From assembly GCA_020724585.1 (NCBI GenBank), contig DYGS01000001.1, forward strand, positions 2,893 to 66,892: a stretch of DNA of 64,000 nt. The letters are read 5' to 3'. The notes beneath the pieces are model-generated. The model did no database searches, was not told the DNA's origin, and was given only the letters and a program-made list of their open reading frames with translations. Positions 19,594-28,582 of this stretch are shown piece by piece. This DNA is from Candidatus Microgenomatus sp. (GTDB lineage Bacteria > Patescibacteriota > Microgenomatia > UBA8517). Position numbers and translations under genes: made by a program. Position 1 is the stretch's first letter, and each line of letters opens with the position of its first letter.

Positions 19594-20240
19594 TTTGTGA
19601 ATGCCGCGTCGTACTTATCCATTTGACCATCAACATTATGGTTTCTTTCCACAATCTGATTTTCAAATTTTTTTATAATAGGAAGGACATCATCTACTCT
19701 ATTTGCAATTTCAAAAACTGAAAGTTCCTTATTGTCTATGTTCATATTCTTTCTAAAAACATCAATTATTTCTGCCCAATAACTACCAAAAAGGATAAAT
19801 GGTTTGTGGTGCCCATAATATAGTTTTGCCAAAACCCAAGCAGTTCCAAATTCTGATATTGTTCCAGTTCCTCCTTTAAACATGATAAATAAGTCACCAT
19901 ATTCCATAAGTTTAAACATTCTTTCGATGTAATTTGTCGTCACCACTTCCTCGTCGGGAACATTACCAACATATTTTCCCTCAAAGCCAGGTGCGTTTTG
20001 CGGATCGAAAGTAATCGTTATGGTTTTCCCTCCGCCACTTCTAGCCCCATTTGTTGCAGCTTCCATTACACCCGGTCCACCGCCATCAACTACGACATAA
20101 CCTTCTTTTGCTAAAATTTCTGCAACTTTAAAGGCTTGTGTATAAACTTCATCGCTTTCAGCAATATCTGCGTCTCCAAAAAAGGCAATATTTTTAATTG
20201 CCTTACCGCTATTATTTGCGTATTTTTTTGATTCTTCCAT
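19590..20240 (-). CDS. LOG-family (SLOG) nucleotide-binding protein
   Basis: GGGPGVMEAA...GGTGTISE. Confidence 0.85.
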   Translation of the reverse strand: MEESKKYANNSGKAIKNIAFFGDADIAESDEVYTQAFKVAEILAKEGYVVVDGGGPGVMEAATNGARSGGGKTITITFDPQNAPGFEGKYVGNVPDEEVVTTNYIERMFKLMEYGDLFIMFKGGTGTISEFGTAWVLAKLYYGHHKPFILFGSYWAEIIDVFRKNMNIDNKELSVFEIANRVDDVLPIIKKFENQIVERNHNVDGQMDKYDAAFTK

Positions 20241-20271
20241 AATTTATTTAACCAATAAAAATTAATATTTC

Positions 20272-21387
20272 TCAAGAAACTTTGTGTAAAAGCGTAATTG
20301 GATCAGATGGCACATGACTGCCTTCCAAGTTTCTACCCACTCTAATTACTTGTTCTACTAGTCTATTTGCATATCCCCACTCGTTGTCATACCAAGCAAA
20401 AACCTTAACCATATTTCCCGCAACGACTTGCGTTAATGGCAAATCAACAATTGCGGACTCACTTCTTCCTACTATATCACTTGATACCAAAAATCCCTCA
20501 GAAACTGCTAATATTCCCTTATAAATGGGATTTTCTACTGCTTCTTTAAAGGCATTATTAACTTCTTCTACGCTTACTTCTTTTTTCAAGAGAAATGTAA
20601 AGTCAGTAATTGATCCTGTTGCAACAGGCACTCTTAAACTCATACCATCAAAGAGGCCTTTTAAATCAGGTATTGTTTCAGTTACGGCAATGGCCGCTCC
20701 TGTTGTTGTTGGAACTATATTCACCGCTGCAGCTCGGGCTCGGCGAAGATCTTTATGTGATCCATCTTGCAAATTTTGGTCATCAGTATAACTATGAATT
20801 GTTGTCATCATGGCTTTTTCTATACCAAATTTAGCTTGCATAACTGCTGCAACAGGAGCCACGCAGTTTGTAGTACATGATGCATTTGAAATTACTGTTG
20901 CGTCTCGCAGTCCTGAGCCTGTCGAAGGATTCTCGTTTACACCTAAGACATAAGTGCCAACATTACCACCTTTACTGGGAGCTGAAATAATTACCCTCTT
21001 AGCTCCACCAACAGCATGTTTTTTTGCATCCTCTTCTGAGGTAAATCTTCCAGTTGATTCAATAACCACATCAACTCCATATTTGCTCCATGGGATTAAA
21101 CTTGGATCTTTTTGGGCTAAAACTGGAACATCTACATTGCGTTCTGGAATTAACAAACTTCCTATTTTTGTATCTTCGTTTTTTTCTAAGTACTCTGTAC
21201 TCTGTACTTTGTACTGGTATTCCCGATACATAGTGTCGTAGTTAACCAAATGCCCCCAACCATGAACATCCATTGATCCTGAAGTATTAATTGCACCAAT
21301 CTTAATTTCATCTAGGTGCTTGGATACAGCAATCCTGAAGGCTAATCTTCCTATTCTTCCAAAACCATTGATTCCAACTTTTACCAT
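20272..21387 (-). CDS. gap: Glyceraldehyde-3-phosphate dehydrogenase, type I
   Basis: GINGFGRIGR, SNASCTTNC, WYDNEWGY. Confidence 0.97.
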   Translation of the reverse strand: MVKVGINGFGRIGRLAFRIAVSKHLDEIKIGAINTSGSMDVHGWGHLVNYDTMYREYQYKVQSTEYLEKNEDTKIGSLLIPERNVDVPVLAQKDPSLIPWSKYGVDVVIESTGRFTSEEDAKKHAVGGAKRVIISAPSKGGNVGTYVLGVNENPSTGSGLRDATVISNASCTTNCVAPVAAVMQAKFGIEKAMMTTIHSYTDDQNLQDGSHKDLRRARAAAVNIVPTTTGAAIAVTETIPDLKGLFDGMSLRVPVATGSITDFTFLLKKEVSVEEVNNAFKEAVENPIYKGILAVSEGFLVSSDIVGRSESAIVDLPLTQVVAGNMVKVFAWYDNEWGYANRLVEQVIRVGRNLEGSHVPSDPITLLHKVS

Positions 21388-21430
21388 GTGAGCAGTATTT
21401 AGTTAAAGTATAAGATTAAGTTTAAGAATA

Positions 21431-21541
21431 TTAAAGACTCACTTTGGAAAGACTTTGAGGTAATTCGTTAGCTATCTTTACTAATACTGTAGCTAACTTC
21501 ATGGCTTTCTGCCAAACAATAAGTTTTTCAAAATATAACAT
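21431..21541 (-). pseudogene. Truncated four-helix-bundle (IVS/Avd-like) gene remnant
   Basis: MLYFEKLIVWQKAMKLA... ends after 36 aa; flanked by inverted 6-nt-period repeats. Confidence 0.7.
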
Positions 21542-21562
21542 ATCTTAAACTTGTACTTAATC

Positions 21563-22555
21563 TTAAACTGTTAGTGCTTCAATACCCACAAGATTATCAT
21601 TAACTAAATATTCAATCATTGCACCACCGCCTACGGATACCCAATCAAACTTGTCTGCCAAACTATATTTATTAATAGCAGCTAAACTATCTCCACCCCC
21701 CACTACTTTAAAAGCTTTTGAACTGGCTACAGCCTGAAAAACTTTTCTTGTTCCTTGACTATGGCCTTCATCTTCAAATTTACCTAAAACTCCTGCCAAA
21801 ACAATTGTTTTTGCTTTTAAAATTTCTTGGGTAAAAACTTCAATTGTATTTAATGTTATATCCTCTTTGTCTTGTATAAGATTCGCTATTATTATTTTTC
21901 CCGTTTGATTTCTAACACTTTTAAGTCCTTTGTCACCCATTAAATCAGGAAGTTTGCCTCCAACTAATACTTTATCTGCAAGTTTTGATAATGGCTCAAC
22001 CATTTTTAGTTTGTCTTCTTTAACTCCACTTATCAACACAACAAGTGGTCTTTCTGGTTCATTTTTAATTTTGTCTAAATTATTGATCTCGTTCTCTAAA
22101 TTTAGACCTGCATAAGAAGGCAAATATTTTGGTATCCCCACAATTGAAGCATGGCTTCTATGACAGACACTAAATGCTTCATTTACATAAATATCTGCCT
22201 TACTTGCCAACTCTTTGGCAAATTCCATAGCTCCTTTGTCCTGAGCGGGGTCGAGGGATTCTCTTGGGTCAAATCTCAAGTTTTCTAATACTTCAAAATC
22301 TGACCTTCCCAACATTTCTTGAAGAACTTTTTCAATAGGTTTTAGACTTAAACTTTCATCTTTAACTCCATTGGGCCTACCCCTATGCCCTATTAGTATT
22401 ATTTTTGAATTATTTTCAATTAAAAATTTAAGTGTAGGAACTAATCTTTGAAGTCTAATGTCTTTTTCTGATAGATCACTAACATCTAAATCCCCCCTAA
22501 CAATTATTCTTTTTCCTTTTAAGTCTTTTTTTGTGAGTGAAGAAAGTAGTTTCAT
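21563..22555 (-). CDS. pgk: Phosphoglycerate kinase (compact, 330 aa)
   Basis: GHRGRP, LENLRF, HRSHAS, GGGDS, SVGGGA. Confidence 0.93.
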   Translation of the reverse strand: MKLLSSLTKKDLKGKRIIVRGDLDVSDLSEKDIRLQRLVPTLKFLIENNSKIILIGHRGRPNGVKDESLSLKPIEKVLQEMLGRSDFEVLENLRFDPRESLDPAQDKGAMEFAKELASKADIYVNEAFSVCHRSHASIVGIPKYLPSYAGLNLENEINNLDKIKNEPERPLVVLISGVKEDKLKMVEPLSKLADKVLVGGKLPDLMGDKGLKSVRNQTGKIIIANLIQDKEDITLNTIEVFTQEILKAKTIVLAGVLGKFEDEGHSQGTRKVFQAVASSKAFKVVGGGDSLAAINKYSLADKFDWVSVGGGAMIEYLVNDNLVGIEALTV

Positions 22556-22585
22556 TACATTTAATCATAGTTTATTCTTACTAAG

Positions 22586-22616
22586 TTGACAATCACACAC
22601 ACACACTGGCTAGAAT
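22586..22616 (+). promoter_or_regulatory. Sigma70 promoter with (CA)6 tract in a 19-bp spacer
   Basis: TTGACA-atcacacacacacactggc-TAGAAT; ATG 7 nt downstream. Confidence 0.75.
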
Positions 22617-22623
22617 ACGCTGT

Positions 22624-22848
22624 ATGGCTACAATTACAATTGTGAGAGATGGTAAACCAAATTTAACTTTGGATATTCCCGATGAAATCGTAAGTGTTGT
22701 TGGAGCAGAAGTGTTATTGATGGGTTTAGAGGCCGAAGAAACCAGTAATAGATGGGGAGGTATTGGTGAAGAAGAATTGGAAAAAATAAAAGAACTTGGT
22801 AGGGCATTAATAGGTAAACATGTGTACGGAGAAAGAGAAAGACTTTAA
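22624..22848 (+). CDS. Small hypothetical protein
   Basis: ORF directly after the CA-repeat promoter. Confidence 0.55.
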   Translation: MATITIVRDGKPNLTLDIPDEIVSVVGAEVLLMGLEAEETSNRWGGIGEEELEKIKELGRALIGKHVYGERERL

Positions 22849-23231
22849 TTATTAGCTTCTAATTCCTTTATTTCTTTGTCAAAACTTAAAACTTTATATT
22901 TGTTAGCATTGGCTGAAGAAAGCAGATAGCTATCTACAAAATGTAATTTATTTCTGTAATTAGTCCACATTCCCAAAAGCCCTTTTCTGTCCTCCACTAT
23001 TAGCCATTTTTGGGATAATAGAACTTCCATACATGACGCAATTTCATTAAGAGATTTTTTATAAAACGATTCTAGTACAAAACATGTTTCCGCCACAACA
23101 ACCACTTTGATTAGTAACTTTAACTCACCCGCTTCAGCTTTTTTGAATATATCAACAGATTTTTTATAAAGTATTTCACTATCTCCAACCAGATACCTAA
23201 GTATTATATTTGTGTCTATTATATTAATCAT
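22845..23231 (-). CDS. PIN-domain toxin
   Basis: IIDTNIILRYL...VAET...HFVD...LSFDK; start at MINII overlapping the antitoxin stop. Confidence 0.88.
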   Translation of the reverse strand: MINIIDTNIILRYLVGDSEILYKKSVDIFKKAEAGELKLLIKVVVVAETCFVLESFYKKSLNEIASCMEVLLSQKWLIVEDRKGLLGMWTNYRNKLHFVDSYLLSSANANKYKVLSFDKEIKELEANN

Positions 23232-23469
23232 TTCTAGCCCAATTTTTAGAAAAACTATCACGAGCCTTACGAAGCTGTTTATCAGATAACACAGTATCGG
23301 ATTTAAGTGATCCTGCCAGAGACCAAAAATCTTGTTTTGGAGAAACAATTATTGTGTTCCCTACTTTTTGAGCAATAGCCTTGGTGGCACCATGAACACC
23401 TAAATCCTGAAGCATAAGCCTAGGAATTGAAATTTGCCCCTGACTTGTAATTGAAACTATTTGTTGCAT
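23224..23469 (-). CDS. AbrB/MazE-like antitoxin
   Basis: VSITSQGQISIP; three ACATTATT repeats upstream. Confidence 0.85.
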   Translation of the reverse strand: MQQIVSITSQGQISIPRLMLQDLGVHGATKAIAQKVGNTIIVSPKQDFWSLAGSLKSDTVLSDKQLRKARDSFSKNWARND

Positions 23470-23524
23470 TACATTATTATGGTATATCTACATTATTTTG
23501 TCAAGTCACATTATTTACTTGAAG

Positions 23525-23553
23525 TTGACAATCACACACACACTGGCTAGAAT
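23525..23553 (+). promoter_or_regulatory. Sigma70 promoter with (CA)5 tract in a 17-bp spacer (paralog of the 22586 promoter)
   Basis: TTGACA-atcacacacacactggc-TAGAAT; ATG 6 nt downstream. Confidence 0.8.
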
Positions 23554-23559
23554 GCAGGT

Positions 23560-23778
23560 ATGGATAAAGAAAAATCGGGTCTTTCATGGTTAATAAGGGG
23601 GGAGAAATGTGAAGATGATTCATTTTTTTGTAAAAAAAACTGTGGGGCAACAGGTAAGCAGACTATAGAATATTTTAAAATATTCGGGGTTGTTATTAAA
23701 TCTCGTGTAAAGAGCTTTGAAATTTCTGGTGGCAATCCTGATTGTAAACACACTTGGCAGGATCATGGCTTAATTTAG
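23560..23778 (+). CDS. Small Cys-containing hypothetical protein
   Basis: ORF directly after the CA-repeat promoter; CKKNC...CKH. Confidence 0.55.
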   Translation: MDKEKSGLSWLIRGEKCEDDSFFCKKNCGATGKQTIEYFKIFGVVIKSRVKSFEISGGNPDCKHTWQDHGLI

Positions 23779-23799
23779 ATGATTATTTAGACTCACCAC

Positions 23800-24249
23800 T
23801 TAATTATTTGCTTCCAGCTTTTCAATTTCATCAAGTCTTCTTTCATGCCTAGCATTTTCTTCATATTTTGTTTCTAAAAAAGCAATTAACATTCCTTTGG
23901 CTTCTTTTTCCGTTGTGTAATCTGATGCAATAACTAATATGTTCATATCATCATCTCTTCTTCCTGCTTTTACTTGTAATACTGACTTTCCAATTGCAGC
24001 TCTAATACCATCAAATTTATTTGCAACAACCTCAACTCCTACTCCACTTCCACAAAGTAGTACCCCTCTGCTATGGGGTCTTTTAGCAACCATTGAGGAA
24101 ACCATTTCTGCGTATTTTGAATAATCATCATCGGGGTCAAAATGCAAAGCACCTAAATCCTCAAAATCATAATTCATGTCAAACAACCATGTGGCTATTT
24201 TTTCTTTTAACTCATATCCCCTATGATCGCTACCGATAAATATCTTCAT
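23800..24249 (-). CDS. rpiB: Ribose-5-phosphate isomerase B
   Basis: IGSDHRG, CGSGVG, ANKFDGIRAA, RHERRL. Confidence 0.93.
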   Translation of the reverse strand: MKIFIGSDHRGYELKEKIATWLFDMNYDFEDLGALHFDPDDDYSKYAEMVSSMVAKRPHSRGVLLCGSGVGVEVVANKFDGIRAAIGKSVLQVKAGRRDDDMNILVIASDYTTEKEAKGMLIAFLETKYEENARHERRLDEIEKLEANN

Positions 24250-24908
24250 TATTTAAATCCTTCTACCAATTCTAACAGTTCTCTTTTAGGATCGCTACTT
24301 AACATCACATCACTTGCAACAGCGACACCCGTTGCACCCAGGCTCAAACTTATACTAATATCCTTTTGCGAATGAATCCCAGCTCCAACGATAAGCGGCA
24401 CACCTGAATTTTTGGATATTAAAACCGCTTTTGATATTATTTCAGGCTGGCTTGTTGCAACTGAAACATCTTTACTTCCTATTAAGGCAGGTGGTTCGTA
24501 GGAAACAAAATCTGGTTTAATTTCAAGCGCTTTTTCCATTTCTTCTATGTCTTTAGTGAAAATTAATGTTTTTAAACCAACTTCTTTTGCTCTTAAATGT
24601 GCTTTTGATAACGTTTCAAAGTCAACAAATCTATTTTCTGAATGATTTAGAACTGTACCAACTGCGCCATCCTCAAAAACGCCTTCAGCTAAAATGCTAC
24701 CTGTATGCGCCCCATATGTAACAGGGTCTATCTTTTGTGCCCAAATTTCAATTGAAGTTGTGCTTACAATTTCCTTAATATCAGAAGGTTGAACAACTGG
24801 TATTATTTTTACACCAGTTTCTTTGGAGACATCTTGAACTTTGTTTGCCATCAAAACAGCATTCTTACCTGTCCCACTTTCGTAAGTTTTAAAATTCAAA
24901 AAAATCAT
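24249..24908 (-). CDS. tpiA: Triosephosphate isomerase, archaeal-type (short)
   Basis: NFKTY, LNHSE, YEPPALIG, VGAGI; 219 aa. Confidence 0.92.
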   Translation of the reverse strand: MIFLNFKTYESGTGKNAVLMANKVQDVSKETGVKIIPVVQPSDIKEIVSTTSIEIWAQKIDPVTYGAHTGSILAEGVFEDGAVGTVLNHSENRFVDFETLSKAHLRAKEVGLKTLIFTKDIEEMEKALEIKPDFVSYEPPALIGSKDVSVATSQPEIISKAVLISKNSGVPLIVGAGIHSQKDISISLSLGATGVAVASDVMLSSDPKRELLELVEGFK

Positions 24909-24920
24909 ATTTTTAATTAT

Positions 24921-25166
24921 CTACATTATCAAATTATCAAGCTTTCCCTTGTCAAAACCAACAATAGTTTCTTTTGTTCCGTCATCTTTGGTAATTACAG
25001 TAAAAGGAACACCCAAAAACCCTCCTGAAATATTAGACATTTCTTCCCTCGCTTTTTCATCTTGATCGACTAATTTTTCAACAAAACTGACACCCTTTGC
25101 TGAAAGATAATCCTTTAGCATTCTGCAGTAAGGACAACTTGTTGTTGAATAAATTGCTACATTCAT
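24921..25166 (-). CDS. Glutaredoxin-like protein
   Basis: CPYC, GVP, VGFD. Confidence 0.9.
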   Translation of the reverse strand: MNVAIYSTTSCPYCRMLKDYLSAKGVSFVEKLVDQDEKAREEMSNISGGFLGVPFTVITKDDGTKETIVGFDKGKLDNLIM

Positions 25167-25669
25167 TTATTTACCACCTCCAAAATTTTTGTTTTTAAAT
25201 CCTCCTCTTTTAAATTTCCTGTGTGTTTAAAGGCTATCACTCCATTTTTGTCTAAAATTACAATTGAATTCTCCTTTGCAATGTTAAATTTTTTGGCCAG
25301 AGCATCTGTTTCTGTTGTGGTTTCGGAATCAAGAATATGAGACCTTAATCCAACAACTCCCTCTTTTGTAAGATCCTCCAAAACATTTCTGAAAAGCCTG
25401 TCCTGATTTAAACATTCAGGACACCAGTTTGCGATAAAAAATATGACCAAAACGCGCTTGTCCGCTAAGGCCTTGTCATATTCTTCTTTTGAATAATCAA
25501 GATATTTTGATGGAGATTCGTTCTCCGTCGCTTCTACACTCACCTTTTCTTGCGATTTCTCAACTTTTTCATTTCTATAACTTTTGAGCTTTATAAATAC
25601 ATTTATGAAAAATGCAAGGAAAGAAAGAAATAAAACAGTCAAAACCAAAATGAGGATAAATTTCTTCAT
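25163..25669 (-). CDS. Membrane-anchored thioredoxin-like protein
   Basis: N-terminal TM, WCPEC. Confidence 0.8.
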   Translation of the reverse strand: MKKFILILVLTVLFLSFLAFFINVFIKLKSYRNEKVEKSQEKVSVEATENESPSKYLDYSKEEYDKALADKRVLVIFFIANWCPECLNQDRLFRNVLEDLTKEGVVGLRSHILDSETTTETDALAKKFNIAKENSIVILDKNGVIAFKHTGNLKEEDLKTKILEVVNK

Positions 25670-25693
25670 TTGTCTAATTTAAATATACCCTCT

Positions 25694-26161
25694 TTAGAAT
25701 GATCCTTCAAGGATTTTGGTTTCCAAGTTTTTATCAAGTACTTTTTCTTTACTTATGACCACTTTTTTGTATTCAGGATATTTTGTAGAATCAAAACTTA
25801 AGATAAAACCGCCTTTAGCTATTTGTAATTTTCCGAGTGAAATAAAATCACCATCCTTCTCAAGCCAGGCTTGGTAAAAGTAACCTTCCTCGGGGTCTTT
25901 AGTATCCACTAAGATTTCATTTTTTGTTGCAAGTCCCCTTTCGTCTCCTCCGGTTACACTTTTAAGTTCAATATAGGCCGTATTTTCAGGAATATCGTAC
26001 TTAAATTCTCTTTCAAAATCCTGCTTATATTCTATTGAGGGCGGAGGCGGCGTTGGCGAAATATCGTCTTTTTTTCTAAAGCTAAAAAAATATAGAAGCC
26101 CAAAGACAACCAAAACAACTACTACAAAACCTACCGTTACTTCTCTTTTAGAAAGGTTCAT
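25694..26161 (-). CDS. Membrane-anchored hypothetical protein (anti-sigma RskA-like C-terminus possible)
   Basis: TM, Pro-rich linker, FYQAWL...SLGKL...ILEGSF. Confidence 0.55.
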   Translation of the reverse strand: MNLSKREVTVGFVVVVLVVFGLLYFFSFRKKDDISPTPPPPSIEYKQDFEREFKYDIPENTAYIELKSVTGGDERGLATKNEILVDTKDPEEGYFYQAWLEKDGDFISLGKLQIAKGGFILSFDSTKYPEYKKVVISKEKVLDKNLETKILEGSF

Positions 26162-26203
26162 TTACTGGCAGGATACGCCAAGACAGTAAAGTTGTCAAGA
26201 AAA

Positions 26204-26323
26204 TCATTCACAACATGGATCTTTGAAGCCACAATTAGTACAAATTGCTTCTTTACTACCTGCAACAACTCCAATTTCATTCCCACATATAGGACAATTT
26301 TGCGTTTCCTTCTTTTTCCGCAT
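26204..26323 (-). CDS. Small Zn-ribbon protein (39 aa)
   Basis: MRKKKETQNCPICG...CTNCGFKDPCCE. Confidence 0.6.
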   Translation of the reverse strand: MRKKKETQNCPICGNEIGVVAGSKEAICTNCGFKDPCCE

Positions 26324-26349
26324 ATTTAACGCATTATTTCCGAAAGGTA

Positions 26350-26523
26350 TTATTTCAGTTTCAGATAGACCGCAAATAAAGCCAATACTGCTGATACGAG
26401 AAGCCACTGAGTTGATGCAAGCCACAAATCAAAGCCAAGATAACCAATCATGGCCAAAACAACTCCTGCAACAGCTCCTTTTATCAAATAATCTGAATAA
26501 TTTTTAAGCTGTTTTTTTGCCAA
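26350..26523 (-). CDS. Small two-TM membrane protein (57 aa, TTG start)
   Basis: Not in the ORF track; GGGGGTGA SD-like site upstream; LAKKQLKNYSDYLIKGAVAGVVLAMIGYLGFDLWLASTQWLLVSAVLALFAVYLKLK. Confidence 0.6.
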   Translation of the reverse strand: MAKKQLKNYSDYLIKGAVAGVVLAMIGYLGFDLWLASTQWLLVSAVLALFAVYLKLK

Positions 26524-26589
26524 AATAAATCACCCCCTACTTCTCATTTCTACTTTACATTAATAATAACATAACATATATTGTTATTG

Positions 26590-26735
26590 TTGATTGTGTT
26601 TCCACGCCTTTTAATGCGTGGTGGTTTATTTGTTTTTAGTGAACCAAAGGAATAAGGGTGTAATCCCCTAGCTGTGCCGCAACCGTGAATCCTGAGTTAA
26701 CCGAAGGATAAGCCGGAAAACTAGCAATCATAAGT
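26590..26735 (+). promoter_or_regulatory. Cobalamin (B12) riboswitch
   Basis: AAAGGAA-TAAGGGTGTAATCCCC-CTGTGCCGCAACCGTGA-hairpin(ATCCT/AGGAT)-AAGCCGGAAAAC follows the B12-element motif order; TGATTG/CAATCA can close the base stem. Confidence 0.75.
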
Positions 26736-26740
26736 AACCA

Positions 26741-27928
26741 ATGCAAGTTGCATTGTTAGAATCTCGAGCAAGAATGGAAAGAACTGCATTAGATTTAAAT
26801 TTCGAAACTGCACATGATTTATTCCAAAGATTATTCATAGGCTACGAAAAAGTATATTTACTACAAGGCTCTGGTTTCAATATGACAAACCAAATTGATC
26901 AATGGATTAGGGATTTTGATCCAAATGATCAAGAATCGAAAAAAATATTGATAGAAAAAACTATGTCTGATGTTAGGGGCTTTTACCACGAATTTTTATC
27001 ACGAAGAGACATCTTTCCATTTGAACTAGAAATTAGAAAAAATGAAACAGGTGAAAGATATGTTTACTCAACTAAATACGATCAGCCGTTAGAAAACATC
27101 ACACAGGCAAATGAAAGAGAAGGAGCATTATTAGAGGGAGTAAAAATTGCGACTGAAATGATTATAAATTCAGAACCAAACACTATAATAATTTTGAACA
27201 GTCCTGAAGGTTGGACAGGACTTCCAACTGGAGCGCATCCGGACAATCAAACACATGTTTATTGGGTTGGATTAGATGGAGATTTAAAAGCATTAACTTT
27301 ACGCTCAGATATTGATATTGTTGCTAGCGAAAAACTTGTTGGATTAGATGGTGTGAATTTAAGTTTGATAAATCGTATTAAAAATGTAGTTAGAAATCCA
27401 ATCAGTGTTGCTGTTGTGAATGATGGGTTTATAGAGGCGCTTGATTTAATAGAAAAAGCATCGGGGCATGAACTAAATAAACTCAGGCATGAAATTCAAA
27501 ACAGAGATACATATATTGAACTTACCGGTGAAGAGGATTTAGAAATCAAACAAGTACTTTCTGATTTAGAATTATTTTTAAATGAAGAGATTAATGATAG
27601 GAGCGAACAAACTATAAAAAAACTTGCATTCAATATTGGAAAATCAATTCTTGACATGCAAAATGCTGTAAACAAACGAGAGGCTAAATACAATAACCAA
27701 ACAATGGTTGTTGGTTATGACTCTTCTGAAATAAAATATCAGGTTTTATCCCAACAAGTTAAAGAAATTTTAGGCTGCAGCAACGGAATTAGAGAACAAA
27801 GAAGTTTCGATTTTGATAGATTTGGTTCACTTGATTTTAACTGTCCGTCTTGTAACAGAAAAAACACTCGCCCACTTGGGCAACTTATTTCCAACTGTCA
27901 ACATTGCGGTGCAGATGTACGATGTTAA
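26741..27928 (+). CDS. Hypothetical protein with C-terminal Zn-ribbon
   Basis: 395 aa; terminal FGSLDFNCPSC...NCQHCGADVRC. Confidence 0.75.
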   Translation: MQVALLESRARMERTALDLNFETAHDLFQRLFIGYEKVYLLQGSGFNMTNQIDQWIRDFDPNDQESKKILIEKTMSDVRGFYHEFLSRRDIFPFELEIRKNETGERYVYSTKYDQPLENITQANEREGALLEGVKIATEMIINSEPNTIIILNSPEGWTGLPTGAHPDNQTHVYWVGLDGDLKALTLRSDIDIVASEKLVGLDGVNLSLINRIKNVVRNPISVAVVNDGFIEALDLIEKASGHELNKLRHEIQNRDTYIELTGEEDLEIKQVLSDLELFLNEEINDRSEQTIKKLAFNIGKSILDMQNAVNKREAKYNNQTMVVGYDSSEIKYQVLSQQVKEILGCSNGIREQRSFDFDRFGSLDFNCPSCNRKNTRPLGQLISNCQHCGADVRC

Positions 27929-27930
27929 CC

Positions 27931-28140
27931 TTATTTTTTACTACAAACCTTGCATTCTCCCATGTGGGTCATTGCTGAATAAACAGCAGAAACACCAACT
28001 AAAACATATACCAAATTTGCAAGAGCTGGCATTCCACCCAATAAAGCTTGCACAAGGTCAAAATTAAACAAGCCTACTAATCCCCAATTAAGACCTCCCA
28101 CCCATAGAAGAGTATATGCAACATAATGAATAGATTTCAT
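27931..28140 (-). CDS. DUF378 small membrane protein
   Basis: VGGLNWGLVGLFNFDLV...VYVLVGVSA. Confidence 0.85.
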   Translation of the reverse strand: MKSIHYVAYTLLWVGGLNWGLVGLFNFDLVQALLGGMPALANLVYVLVGVSAVYSAMTHMGECKVCSKK

Positions 28141-28177
28141 AAATTAAATCACCCCCATTCCTATTATTAAATATACA

Positions 28178-28385
28178 CTATTCTTCTAAACCTGAATATA
28201 TGAACTGTTTAATCAAAGTTTTCAGGGACTCTAATTGTTATAGGCGTTGATGTGAGTTTTAAATTTGGAAACACCCACTTTTCAGCTTTATCCCAGTCTA
28301 AATATTCAAAAGAATTAGCGTTTTGCCAAAATAAACTCTCTTCTTTTTCTGATTTAAACTTTGGTACCCTTTTTAATTTTTTCAT
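28178..28385 (-). pseudogene. BrnA/CopG-like antitoxin remnant with internal deletion and frameshift
   Basis: MKKLKRVPKFKSEKEESLFW...FPNLKLTSTPITIRVPE then, in another frame, TLIKQFIYSGLEE; aligns to the ends of 13231..13509; no toxin adjacent. Confidence 0.7.
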
Positions 28386-28387
28386 AT

Positions 28388-28570
28388 TTAACTATACAAA
28401 TCGTCAGCTTCATCTTTGGCTATCTCTGGATCGGTTGGAGTCTTTTTTTCAGATCTCAACATATCAAGAATTCTTTGAACTTCTAAAAATGCATCTGGGC
28501 TAATTTCAAAAACAGTGGTCCAAACGAAGCCTCCTTTTGGTTCTTCTTCTTTTGATACCTCAACAGTCAT
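28388..28570 (-). CDS. Small hypothetical protein
   Basis: 60-aa ORF co-oriented with neighbours. Confidence 0.4.
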   Translation of the reverse strand: MTVEVSKEEEPKGGFVWTTVFEISPDAFLEVQRILDMLRSEKKTPTDPEIAKDEADDLYS

Positions 28571-28582
28571 ATTTATATTTTA

